Assembly: GCF_018350175.1 (NCBI RefSeq)
Contig: NC_058368.1
Location: 62,994,001 to 63,058,000 of the forward strand
Length of the DNA stretch: 64,000 nucleotides
Direction: 5' to 3'
Source: Felis catus
Lineage: Eukaryota
Both the position numbers and the translations under genes were made by a program. This document shows, one piece after another, positions 1-11,868 of this stretch (positions are counted from its first letter, which is position 1; every line of letters begins with the position of its first letter). The notes beneath the pieces are model-generated. The model searched no databases, was not told the DNA's origin, and saw nothing but the letters and a program-made list of their open reading frames with translations.

Positions 1-3000
1 TGCCTGTTGGCCATCCGGATGTCTTCTTTAGAGAAGTGTCTATTCATGTTTCCTGCCCATTTCTTCACAGAGTTATTTGTTTTTTGGTTGTGGAGTTTGG
101 TGAGCTCTTTATAGATTTTGGATACTAGCCCTTTCTCTAATATGTCATTTGCAAATATCTTTTCCCATTCCGTTGGTTGCCTTTTAGTTTTGTTGGTTGT
201 TTCCTTTGCTGTGCAGAAGCTTTTTATCTTCATAAGGTCCCAGTAATTCATTTTTGCTTTTAATTCCCTTGCCTTTGGGGATGTGTCAAGTAAGGAATTG
301 CTGTGGCTGAGGTCAGAGAGGTCTTTTCCTGCTTTCTCCTCTAGGGTTTTGATGGTTTCCTGTCTCACATTCAGGTCCTTTATCCATTTTGAGTTTATTT
401 TTGTGACTGGTGTGAGAAAGTGGTCTAGTTTCAACCTTCTACATGTTGCTGTCCAGTTCTCCCAGCACCATTTGTTAAAGAGGCTGTCTTTTTTCCATTG
501 GATGTTCTTTCCTGCTTTGTCAAAGATGAGTTGGCCATACGTTTGTGGGTCTAGTTCTGGGGTTTCTATTCTATTCCATTGGTCTATGTGTCTGTTTCTG
601 TGCCAATACCATGCTGTCTTGATGATGACAGCTTTGTAGTAGAGGCTAAAGTCTGGGATTCTGATGCCTCCTGCTTTGAGCTTCTTCAAAATTCCTTTGG
701 CTATTCGGGGCCTTTTGTGGTTCCATATGAATTTTAGGAGTGCTTATTCTAGTTTCGAGAAGAATGCTGGTGCAATTTTGATCGGAATTGGATTGAATGT
801 GTAGATAGCTTTGGGTAGTATTGACATTTGGACAATATTTATTCTTCCAATCCATGAGCACGGAATATTTTTCCATTTCTTTATATCTTTTTCAATTTCC
901 TTCATAAGCTTTCTATAGTTTTCAGCATACAGATCTTGTACATCTTTGGTTAGATTTATTCCTAGGTATTTATGCTTTTTGGTGCAATTGTGAATGGGAT
1001 CAGTTTCTTTGTCTTTCTGTTGGTTCATTATTAGTGTATAAGAATGCAACTGATTTCTGTACATTGATTTTGTATCCTGAAACTTTGCTAAATTCATGTA
1101 TCAGTTCTAGCAGACTTCTGGTGGAGTCTATCGGATTTTCCATGTATAATATCATGTCATCTGCAAAAAGTGAAAGCTTGACTTCATCTTTGCCAAGTTT
1201 GATGCCTTTGATTTCCTTTTGTTGTCTGATTGCTGATGCTAGAACTTCCAACACTATGTTAAACAACAGCAGTGAGAGTGGACATCCCTGTCGTGTTCCT
1301 GATCTCAGGGAAAAAGCTCTCAGTTTTTCCCCATTGAGGATGATGATAGCTGTGGGCTTTTCATAAATGGCTTGTATGATCTTTAAGTATGTTCCTTCTA
1401 TCCCGACTTCTTGAGGGTTTTTATTAAGAAAGGGTGCTGGATTTTGTCAAAGGCCTTTTCTGCATCGATTGACAGGGTCATATGGTTCTTATCTTTTCTT
1501 TTATTAATGTGATGTATCATTTTGATTGATTCGTGAATGTTGAAACAGCCTTGCATCCCAGGAATGAATCCCACTTGATCATGGTGAATAATTCTTTTTA
1601 TATGCTGTTGAATTCGATTTGCTAGTATCTTATTGAGAATTTTTGCATCCATATTCATCAGGGATATTGGGCTGTAGTTCTCTTTTTTACTGGGTCTCTG
1701 TCTGGTTTAGGAATCAAAGTAATACTGGCTTCATAGAATGAGTCTGGAGGTTTTCCTTCCCTTTCTATTTTTTGGAATAGCTTGAGAAGGATAGGTATTA
1801 TCTCTGATTTAAATGTCTGATAGAACTCCCCTGGGAAGCCATCTGGTCCTGAACTCTTATTTGTTGGGAGATTTTTGATGACTGATTCAATTTCTTCGCT
1901 GGTTATGGGTCTGTTCAAGCTTTCTATTTCCTCCTGATTGAGTTTTGTAAGCGTGTGGGTGTTTAGGAATTTGTCCATTTCTTCCAGGTTGTCCAGTTTG
2001 TTGGCATATAATTTTTCATAGTATTCCCTGATAATTGCTTGTATCTCTGAGGGATTGGTTGTAATAATTCCATTTTCATTCATGATTTTATCTATTTGGG
2101 TCACCTCCCTTTTCTTTTTGAGAAGCCTGGCTAGAGGTTTATCAATTTGGTGATTTTTTTCAAAAAACCAACTCTTGGTTTCATTGATCTGCTCTACAGT
2201 TTTTTTTTTTTTTATTCTATATTGTTTATTTCTGCTCTGATCTTTATTTCTCTTCTTCTGCTGGGTTTGGGGTGTCTTTGCTGTTCTGCTTCTATTTCCT
2301 TTAGGTGTGCTGTTAGATTTTGTATTTGGGATTTTTCTTGTTACTTGAGATAGGCCTGGATTGCAATGTATTTTCCTCTCAGGACTGCCTTCGCTGCGTC
2401 CCAAAGCGTTTGGATTGTTGTATTTTCATTTTCGTTTGTTTCCATATATTTTTTTCTTCTCAAATTACCTGGTTGACCCATTCATTCTTTAGTAGGGTGT
2501 TGTTTAACCTCCATGCTTTTAGAGGTTTTCCAGACTTTTTCCTGTGGTTGATTTCAAGCTTCATAGCATTGTAGTCTGAAAGTATGCATGGTATGATTTC
2601 AATCCTTGTATACTTATGAAGGGCTGTTTTGTGACCCAGTATATGATCTATCTTGGAGAATGTTCCATGTGCACTTGAGAAGAAAGTATATTCTGTTGCT
2701 TTGGGATGCAGCGTTCTAAATATATCTGTCAAGTCCATCTGATCCAATGTATCATTCAGGGCCCTTGTTTCTTTATTGACCGTGTGTCTAGATGATCTAT
2801 CCATTGTTGTAAGTGGAGTATTAAAGTTCCCTGCAATGACCACATTCTTATCAATAAGGTTGCTTATGTTTGTGAGTAATTGTTTTATATATTTGGGGGC
2901 TTCTGTATTTGGTGCATAGACATTTATAATTGTTAGTTCTTCCTCATGGATAGACCCTGTGAGTATTATATAATGCCTTCCTTCATCTCTTGTTACAGCC

Positions 3001-3249
3001 TTTAAAGTCTAGTTTGTCTGATATAAGTATGGCTACTCCAGCTTTCTTTTGACTTCCAGTGGCATGATAAATAGTTCTCTATCCCTTCACTCTCAATCTA
3101 AAGGTGTCCTCAGGTGTAAGATGAGTCTCTTGTAGACAGCAAATAGATGGGTCTTGTTTTTTTATCCATTCTGATACCCTGTGTCTTTTGGTTGACACAT
3201 TTAATCCATTTACATTCAGTGTTATAGAAAGGTATGGGTTTAGAGTCAT
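1..3249 (-). pseudogene. L1-A ORF2 (endonuclease/reverse transcriptase), disrupted and incomplete at the window edge
   Basis: Starts ATG ACT CTA AAC CCA TAC (MTLNPY) at 3249. It is broken across ORF-track pieces 3079-3303, 2460-2843, 1658-2404, 1398-1658, 1000-1266 and 744-1097, with the FADD catalytic motif in 1000-1266. Confidence 0.93.
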
Positions 3250-3299
3250 TGTGATATCTGTAGGTTTTATGCTTGTAGCGATGTCTCTGGTACTTTGTC

Positions 3300-4181
3300 T
3301 CACAGGATCCCCCTTAGGATCTCTTGTAGGGCTGGTTTAGTGGTGACAAATTCCTTCAGTGTTTGGGAAGACCTTTATCTCTCCTTCTATTCTAAATGAC
3401 AGACTTGCTGGATAAAGGATTCTCGGCTGCATATTTTTTTCTGTTCAACACATTGAAGATCTCGTGCCAATCCTTTCTGGCCTGCCAAGTTTCAGAAGAG
3501 ACATCAGTCACGAGTCTTATAGGTCTTCCTTTATATGTTAGGGCATGTTTATCCCTAGCTGCTTGCAGAATTTTCTCTTTATCCTTGTATTTTGTCAGTT
3601 TGACTATGACATGTCGTGCAGAGGGTCGATTCAAGTTATGTCTGAAGGGAGTTCTCTGTGCCTCTTGGGTTTCAGTGCCTTTTTCCTTCCCCAGTTCAGG
3701 AAAGTTCTCAGCTATTATTTCTTCAAGTAAGCCTTCAGCACCTTTCCCTCTCTCTTCCTTCTCTGGGATACCAATTATGCGTATATTATTTCTTTTTAGT
3801 GTATCACTTAGGTCTCTAATTTTCCCCTCATACTCCTGGACTTTTTTATCTTTTTCTCAGCTTCCTCTTTTTCCATAATTTTATCTTCTATTTCACGTAT
3901 TCTCTCCTCTGTCTCTTCAATCCGAGCCGTGATCGTTTCCATTTTGTTTTGCATTTTGTTTAAAGCATTTTTGAGCTCCTCCTGACTGCTCCTTAGTCCC
4001 TTGATCTCTGTAGCAAGAGATTCTCTGCTGTCCTCTATACTGTTTTCAAGCCCAGCAATTAATTTTATAACTATTATTCTAAATTCACTTTCTGTTATAT
4101 TGTTTAAATCCTTTTTGATCAGTTCATTAGATGTTGTTATTTCCTGGACGTTTTTTGAGGGGAATTCTTCTGTTTCGTCCT
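3300..4181 (-). pseudogene. L1-A ORF1 (RNA-binding/coiled-coil), disrupted; start codon reads AGG
   Basis: Fragments 3808-4359 and 3392-3634 match L1 ORF1p, and the frame ends LQEILRGIL-TGA at 3300. The start region AGG ACG AAA CAG AAG AAT TCC CCT CAA aligns with ATG ACA AAA TGG AAG AGT TCT CCT CAA in L1-C. Confidence 0.88.
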
Positions 4182-5101
4182 TTTGGATAGTCCCTGGAGT
4201 GGTGCGGGACTGTGGGGCACTTCCCCAGTGTTGTCTTGAATAACTTGCGTTGGTGGGCGGGGCCGCAGTCAGACCTGATGTCTGCCCCCAGCCCACCGCT
4301 GGGGCCACAGGCAGACTGGTGTGTATCTTCTCTTCTCCTCTCCTAGGGGCGGGATTCACTGTGGGGTGGCATGGCCCGTCTGGACTACTTGCACACTGCC
4401 AGGCTTGTGGTGCTGGGGATCTGGTGTATTAGCTGGGGTGGATCGGCAAGGTGCACAGGGGTGAGAGGGGCAGGCTCAGCTTGCTTTTCCTTTGGAGATC
4501 TGCTTCGGGATGGGCCCTGTAGCACCGGGAGGGTTCAGACCTGCTGCCAGAGGAATGGATCCGCAGAAGCACAGTGTTGGGTGTTTGCTCGGTGCAAGCA
4601 AGTTCCCTGGCAGGAACCGGTTCCCTTTTAGATTTTGGCTGGGGGATGGGTGGGGGAGATGGTGCTGGCGAGCACCTTTGTTCCCCACCAAACTGAGCTC
4701 TGTCATCCGGGGGCTCAGCAGCTCTCCCTCCCTTTGTCCTCCAGCCTTCCCGCTTTCCGAGCAGAGCTGTTAACTTATGACCTCCCAGACACTAAGTCGT
4801 GCTTGCTGTCGGAACACAGTCCGTCAGGCCCCTCTGCTTTTGCCAGCCAGACTTGGGGGCTCTGCTTGGCTGGGGGGCCGCCCCTCTGCCCCGGCTCCCT
4901 CCCGCCAGTCTGTGGAGCGTGCACCGCCTCGCTGCCCTTCCTACCCTCTTCTGTGGGCCTCTTGTCTGTGCTTGGCTCTGGAGACCCTGTTCTGCTAGTC
5001 TTCTGGCGGTTTTCTGGGTTATTTAGGCAGGTGTAGGTGGAATCTAAGTGATGAGCAGGACGCGCTGTGAGCCCAGCATCCTCCTATGCTGCCATCTTCC
5101 C
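4182..5101 (-). promoter_or_regulatory. L1-A 5'UTR internal Pol II promoter, with a YY1-like AAGATGGC at its 5' end
   Basis: GC- and CpG-rich ~920 bp upstream of ORF1; gccatctt at 5091-5098 reads AAGATGGC on the minus strand. Confidence 0.75.
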
Positions 5102-5474
5102 AGGATACCTTTTTTTTTCCACTAATAAAAATAGCAGGGTTAAGAATGTGTGTATAATATAATGGAAAATTATAACTTTGGTATGAAATTGATAAGCTTC
5201 GGAACTTAAAGGTAGTATAACACATGGTATAATGGAAACTAGAAGAATAATTCTCTAAGACAAATTTTTGTTATATCTATGCTAAAAATAATTTTTAAAC
5301 TATTTTTCCAATTTTTTGCCACCTATATTTCAGATTAGAAAATATCTCTGGCATGCTTTTATTAAACTTTAAAGTGAATGTTTTGACAATAATTAAGAAT
5401 ATAAAAATATATCATGATTTGTGGTAAATACTTTTGTTTTTCACTTATGTTTCACAACTGAATACCACTTAGGA

Positions 5475-6050
5475 TAGAGTAGGTTATTCTGAGAAAATTC
5501 TAGTATCACAAAAACTCTCCAGACTCCAAAGAACAAAGGCTTGTTTCTTGCTCAAGCTAGACCATCCTGGAGGAGGAAGGAGTTTTCCTGCTTGTAGTGT
5601 GTTGGGCCAATCTGAGGGAGCAGCAGACCTCTCAAATATTGACATGTCAGAAGAAAAGAGAAGTGGGGAAAAGGGGTCTTGCATCCACCATTAAATACTG
5701 TATATTTGAAAGTTGCAGAGAGTAAATCTTAAAAGATTTCTTGTCATCACAAGAAAACATCCATCACCTCACATTGTTATTTTTAACTAAACTTATGTTA
5801 AATATTTCATGATACATATGAAACCATTGTGTTGTAAACCTTACGCAAATACAATGTTATGTGTTAATTATATCTCAAAACTAGAAAAAAAAAAAAAAAC
5901 CCCTGAGCTTCATATGTGACGTTCATCACTTCTCACAACTCATGGGCTAGAACCGGTTCAACCACAGGGAGACCAGGAAGTGCAACCTATCTTTGTTCCT
6001 AGAAGGTAGGAGTACCAGAAATGTTGAATAACTCTTATAAATACCACTAC
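5475..6050 (-). mobile_element. Old MaLR LTR (MLT1J/K-like), split by an L1 3' tail
   Basis: Recalled MLT1 motifs (aaaggcttgtttcttgctca; catcacttctcacaactcatgggctagaac; gaccaggaagtgcaa) occur on both sides of 5695-5899. Confidence 0.5.
5695..5899 (+). mobile_element. Old L1 3' end fragment (L1MA9-like) with poly(A)
   Basis: tactgtatatttgaaagttgc...ttatgtgttaattatatctcaaaactag followed by an A run at 5885-5899. Confidence 0.7.
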
Positions 6051-6051
6051 T

Positions 6052-6200
6052 AGGTTTTATTCTTAGCATTGCCTTACAGATAGAGACAAGACAAGTGCTT
6101 AGGAAATTTAAAAGGCTTGTTCAAGATCACCTAGTAACTAAACTTCAGAACCAGAATTCAAATACATATTTGTAAATTCCGAATTCAATGCTATTTCCAT
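6052..6200 (-). mobile_element. MIR fragment
   Basis: ttacagat...ttgttcaagatcacctagtaact...cagaaccagaattcaaa resembles the reverse MIR core. Confidence 0.55.
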
Positions 6201-6548
6201 TAAAACTTTGGTTACAATTGTATTCAATTCACATCTCCTTGAAAGGTGTGTGTAATGAATTTGTAGCCATTGGTTTGTACATCACCAGCCATATTTTTTT
6301 TTCTCTCATTGCAGATCATTGTTACAACAGCAACTATTAGTCCCTACTATGGAAATCTGATATGTAGCAAGTTTTAAACTGAACTTACTAAAAAAAATTC
6401 TGCTCTCGTCTTCTAGTTCAGGCACTTGATATGATTATCTACTTAGCTACACATCTCAGGATTATCCTCAACTTTTCCCCTAACGATTACAACTCAGAAA
6501 TGTGACTTGATCCATGCACTTCTCTTCAGAGCTAGTGCTTTCTTTCAG

Positions 6549-7012
6549 GTATAAAAGAAAAATTACCCCAGACATTTATTTAAAACTTCAAGAAAGACTT
6601 GACTCAAGACTATTGCATGAGGGATCAAGACTGTTGCAGTGTAGAATGCTTGAGCTCCACTGAAACTAAATGTAGGAAAGTTTTAAGTGCTTGGAGTGAG
6701 CTAGTGGGGTAGTAGAGGACATTAGTGAGGGGGATTGTGATCAGGCCCCTTACATTACCAATTTGGTAATTGGTGCTTAGTGAAGTTGGGCTCTCACCTT
6801 CCCGTTAAGACTGGGTGGTAAGGACCTCACCTTTGTTGCTGACTGAGTTTACAAAGGATGGCTCTTGGTCTCTGAGGAAGACATTCATGAGTTGTGAAAA
6901 CGGAAAGAGGCTATGGGGCCCCTGGGTGGCTCAGCTGGTTAAGTGTCCGACTTTGTCTCAGGTCATGATCTTGCAGTTCGTGAATTAGAGCTCAGAGCCT
7001 GGAGCCTGTTTG

Positions 7013-7076
<64 letters not shown>

Positions 7077-7303
7077 CTGCTCGTTCATTCATTCTCTCTC
7101 TCTCTCAAAAATAAACACAAAAATTTTTTTTTAAATGGGAAGAGGCTGGGAGAAGAGTTATGCCTCAAAGCAGTAAAGAACTTACAATTGCACATTTTCT
7201 CAAGCAAATGCTGTAAGAAAAAGGAAGTCAGGGGCGTGGAATTAGGAAGAAACTTGTCTAAAGTTGAGTCATGCTGAGAGGAATGTTAAGGCCTTCTTGG
7301 TCA
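6549..7303 (-). mobile_element. ERV1-class solo LTR (MER67/MER31-like), interrupted by a SINE
   Basis: The minus strand starts TGACCAAGAAGGCCTTAACATTCCTCTCAGCATGACTCAACTTTAGACAAG; the plus strand has gacttgactcaagactattgca. Both match the recalled MER67 consensus. Confidence 0.65.
6915..7132 (+). mobile_element. Can-SINE with an internal deletion and an expanded (CT)n tract
   Basis: ggggcccctgggtggctcagctggttaag head, (CT)n, AATAAA tail. TSD aaacggaaagaggct (6898-6912) / aaatgggaagaggct (7133-7147). Confidence 0.93.
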
Positions 7304-7399
7304 CGTATTCTCATCTCCCTTTCCTGCCCCTGTTGTCTCCTTATTCTCATCTGTGTTGTTTTTTTTTCCCCTAGCTTATGAGATGTGTCCTCCTCTAGT

Positions 7400-7885
7400 A
7401 ATACAAGTTACATCATGTCACTCCTTTCCATAAGAAAATAATTCCTAACCCCACCTATCCTCAAAATATGTTTACAGCTTTGGACTTTCTACTCCATTTG
7501 CCCTGTATGTACATCTCCTGTCCCACCACACCGTTCTTAGTGTTCTCTCAAAATACAGTGCTATCTCTGCACATCCCAGTCACTCCTTCTAAAATGGTCT
7601 TTCTTCCCTTCTCTTGCCAGTATTTCAATAGACCACTTCAGACTTCACCTGCTTGATCCTTCTCTTCTAGGCAGGGTTAGTCTCTCCATTCTCTGGCCTC
7701 AAATAATTCACAAAACAGTTTATCCATTGATAGAAATCACCAGATGGTTCTGTTGGTCTATTTGTAGTCCTGCCCACTTCTCTGGTACCAAGCATCCCTA
7801 GAACCAGGACTCTGTATAATTTAGCTTTGTATTTTCAGTACTTAACAATTTGTCTTAGTACGTAGTTGTTGCTCAGTAACATTTT
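7400..7885 (+). mobile_element. L2 3' fragment
   Basis: Pyrimidine-rich body ending in gtacttaacaatttgtcttagtacgtagttgttgctcagtaacattt, a degenerate L2 terminus. Confidence 0.45.
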
Positions 7886-10199
7886 CAGATGTTCTTTCAT
7901 ACGGAATATTTCATATACAATAAGTTGATCTTATAATTTGTTTTTTAAATACAGTCTATAAATCCATTATGTAAATATATTTACTGAAGACGTTAAGCAA
8001 GTGTATATCCTTGATAAACTTTAAGCTTCTTCAAGAGCTTCGTATTTAATGGTAAAAAGGTAGATGTTCAGGACTCCTTTAAAAGCAGAACGAATAAGCG
8101 TGATTTGTTCATCACTGGAGACCCTAGTTCTCAGAGATCACCTCAGCTGCTTGAAGGAGCATTGTGCAGTAGGCTGAAAGTGCAGAAAGCCAGTTCAGGC
8201 CAACTCCTGGGATGGAAGCATTCTGCATAGAAAGATCAGTACATGTGAAGGCATGGAGGCATGAGAAATGGAACATTTTCTGGAAACTACATGGAATTGA
8301 GGATTCTTGAAGCATAAAAAGAATGGGAGGGGTAAGAAGAGGGGGTGCAAAGGAAGCCTGAACTAATTAGTCAAGGAGAGTTCACAAGGACAAATAATGC
8401 CAAGGCAATTTGGAGTTTATGCTGTCAAGATGACAAAACTGAAGCCCCAAGTTTTTATGTGATTTTCTTCAAGCTCACGCAGAGCTCACTAGTTGGGTAG
8501 AGATAGAACCTTGCCCACAGCTTGATACTTACCGAGTGTTTGTTTCTTCGGAATATGTTGTAATCAGTAATTAATTAACACTGAATCCTGAAATCCCTAT
8601 GAAATAGAGCTAAGTTTATTTCACTTTTCAAGATGAAGCTGATTAGCAGAACCAAGGAGTCAAGGCCACAGTACAATCATTTTGAATTAAGGATTAACAT
8701 TAGGCAAATTTTAAGGCTCCATTTTATTCCTATTGCTTGCCTCTTAGTAAATTATATGTTTATATCTTTGAATCAAGACCCCAATATTCCAACTAACTCT
8801 GATTTTTAAAACTCATATCATTTTCTGACCTAAAATTACCTGATAGATTTGTTATTCAACTGAGAATGTAACAATGAAATACTTGATAAACATGTTGAGA
8901 AAATAAAATGCATAATATAGAAAAGAGCAATACCTATCTCCACACCTGTGTATTAGTGGTTAGAAGAAAACTGTGATGGTGTAGCCCGACTACTAACTAG
9001 TGAAGATTACTATTTGTAGTAAAGAACAAAGGTAATAATTTTTTCGGGTGAGAACTGCTTTTTAGGGACATGGTATGCTTCCCAGGTAGACTGTGCACTT
9101 TGCAAATGAAAATCTTGCTTTTAACAATATGCAGTTCCCAAAAAGATTTCTTTTAATCAAAAAAAAAAAAAAGTAATCCTAAGGGCACGTTGCTTAAATG
9201 AAATTATTAAAATGCTATCTGGAAGCGGTTGGTGTTCAGAGAATTTACAGGACTCTGGTCTCACTGTATCATCAGGATGATCAGCTTGCCTCTGAAAGCT
9301 TTTGAAATGATTTTTATTTCTTCATTTCTTTGTCCTTAGGACATGTGGGGATGCTGGAGAGCAGGAGATAATTATAATGGGAGTTTTCCCCTCCTAGGAT
9401 ATGAATTCTCTTTAGAAATCTCTTTCCTCTTCAGTGATAAACAATAGACATTTTGATCAAAATAATATGAATAATACACAGCAGGAATCTTCCCCCTTTT
9501 AAAAATAAACTGCTTGCTTTTACTATTCAGACTAAAAGCTTTATGTTAGAGAAGATGCTCATAAACGTTGAGCTAACATTTGAAGAAAACAAAACTTTCT
9601 GGTTAATTTTGGCAAGGTTCTTCTGACCCTTTGAACATTTTCACCCCATCACAGAGAGTTGTTCAAGATTGTATTTTTTTCTTCCACATTTCTTTTTACC
9701 GAGAGCCACCATGTTCATACCGTTATATTAGCTGGAATAAATTTTTTTTAACTATTTCACTTATTTCTACTTTATTCAGTCATTTAGAAAATTTTAATCC
9801 TGTCCTATGTTTTAAATGTGCCTATATTAGAACGGTGAATGTAACTTATTAATGGTTTTACTTATATGGGCAACGGACTCTAGTTTTGTTAAATCAGTAT
9901 CTTCAAAATTTGAAGCCTTCTGCTCTTTAAGATTTCCATCGTGGAGATTAACTTTCAACTTTACAGTATTTCTAGACACATTTCATCTCTTCCCTAATGT
10001 TTATGGACTAAGGATACTTGATGGTATTCATGAATGAAATGGCATCTTTTCATTGCTTTTTCCTCTTGGCGTTGAGTTTAGACACTACTCATTATTTCGC
10101 TCTTTATAAAAACACTACTAAAACTGGGCTGCTTGGATAAGTCTTTGTTGAATTTCCTTCTTTTGCTCTGTTTTCTTTTTGCTCATCCTCCCGAGCTTC

Positions 10200-10740
10200 A
10201 ATTCTCCACCTAAAGGTGATGTTTCTGATCATCTTCCCTTCACTTGTCTTCCTGTCTGTCCCTTGGGCTACTACAACCACAGTCCCTGTTTCACCATGTT
10301 CAACTCCACCCACTCGTTGTTTGCAGTTACTCCCCTCAAGCTCTAGATGTTTGGAAGTCAAAATCTTCCCTTCTCAAATGTGTTCCATTCCTACTCCCTG
10401 GGAAAATGAAACACTCACTAGGTTACACAAGCCAAAAATGTGACTATTATTCTAGATTCTTCTTTCTCTTCCACCACACATCAAATCAGTGGTAAGGTCT
10501 GTATATTTCCCTAATCATTGTCTTAATCTTTATTTTCCTCTTCATCATAAGTGCTCTTGAACTGGCCCCATAACGTTTTTCATGTAGATTAGAACTAAGT
10601 GGCTTTCCTTATTACCATCTTGCCCCAATTAGTCCTTCCTCACTATCTGGATCATCTTTGGGTGATGAATCTAATTATATTGCTCTTTTGTTTAAAAAGA
10701 TTACCTCTGGATTAGTATTGATTAAGTGATTAAAATATGA
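10200..10740 (+). mobile_element. L2 fragment
   Basis: cactaggttacacaagccaaaaatgtgactattattctagattcttctttctcttccaccacacatcaaatcagt resembles the L2 3' region. Confidence 0.5.
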
Positions 10741-11489
10741 CCTTATCAACACACTTGGGACTGGTCTAGGATCTGCTTTTTTAAGACTTGTTTCTACCTT
10801 CTCTGCTTAATACCACTGAAATTAATACTTATGTCAATTATGTATAAGGTATAAAGATAGGACTATTCAGTTAATAAATGAAAATTTGAAGTACTATTCT
10901 CATTATATTGAAAGACAGCCTTAGTTGAATATAAGAGACAACATTTACAAATTTAGGCAATATCTAATTTAGATTATCAAGCCAACCACCTACTCCATCA
11001 ATTACTGATTTTTAGTTTGAGAACTAAGCAGAAATTGGTTTGTCTCAAAATATTACATCGACCATCACAGAACGGGACTATTTATAAGGCTGCATTTTGG
11101 GAAAGACATGGTCTTGTTTTATCCCTTTTAATCTCCAGGAGATCTGCCATTATATAACTTTGACCTACATTTTATCATTCCAGCAATACAATTAAAACTA
11201 TAGTTTCCAATGATGTCTTAATATTCTTGGAAGAAAATCTTCAGTTAGTTATTTGCTCTTCAATCTTACTAATCCAAGAAGTAACAAACTTTATTTTCAT
11301 TAAGGCACTGAATATAAGCTGCTGCCACATGTTTTTACATAAATTATTATAATTACAACATATTAACAATATTTTGAAAGCTATTTTGGAACAGAAAAAT
11401 AGAATGATTCATATGAAATGCAGGGAGTCTCATGGTGGTATTAGGTGGACTTTCCATTTTTGGTAGACTTGTCATTTAGGACAAATTCA

Positions 11490-11868
11490 CACCCAGGCTT
11501 GTAGAAATTTTTCTTAATTCAGGTGTTCTAAAGATCTTACTGGTGCACTATTCAGTGGTTCATGAATCTGGCAGCGTGCCATCCAGCAGATAGAAAGGAG
11601 CTCTGAAGACCTTTCAAGAAGGTTTTTACAGATAGAAAAAGATGGAAGAAAAAAGTTTCTAGTAAAGAGTGGATTGTTTCAGGCAAGGATACTTTGCTGT
11701 GGGGGACAGAGAGTGTCTTTGATGTGGATATCTTTACTATATTGATCAGGTAATGCCAAAATGACTCCTGGGAGAGGCTGAAACTCAAATTAGGTATTAT
11801 GTTTTGGTTTGCTGACGTGGGGCTTAGCTCAAGTGACTTTATTTTAGGCTTATTGTCTCTTTTTTAAT
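11490..11868 (-). mobile_element. ERV1-class solo LTR
   Basis: The minus strand begins TATTAAAAAAGAGACAATAAGCCTAAAATAAAGTCACTTGAGCTAAGCCCCACGTCAGCAAACC, typical of a MER4-group LTR 5' end. Confidence 0.55.

Larger units (their letters stand above)
1..5101 (-). mobile_element. LINE-1 'L1-A' (carnivore/felid type) with 5'UTR, ORF1 and most of ORF2; 3' part lies beyond the window start; inactivated by frameshifts
   Basis: Minus-strand ORF fragments carry L1 ORF1 (RPSARHVIVKL), endonuclease (LSITLNVNGLN, GTFSKIDHILG) and RT ([26 protein letters not shown]) motifs. The GC-rich 5'UTR begins GGGAAGATGGC on the minus strand at ~5101. Confidence 0.97.

Noticed and set aside
283..639. Plus-strand ORFs over L1-A (e.g. 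283-639; also 1034-1366 and 3396-3878)
   Set aside because: These are antisense read-throughs of L1 ORF1/ORF2, with no independent coding evidence.
6290..6380. Strong-looking acceptor (T-run...ttgcag) followed by a short open frame
   Set aside because: There is no convincing donor before the stop and no recognisable protein.
8527..8600. Minus-strand TCG|GTAAGT donor with an upstream tttcag acceptor (~55-nt exon)
   Set aside because: All three frames contain stops and the pyrimidine tract is weak.
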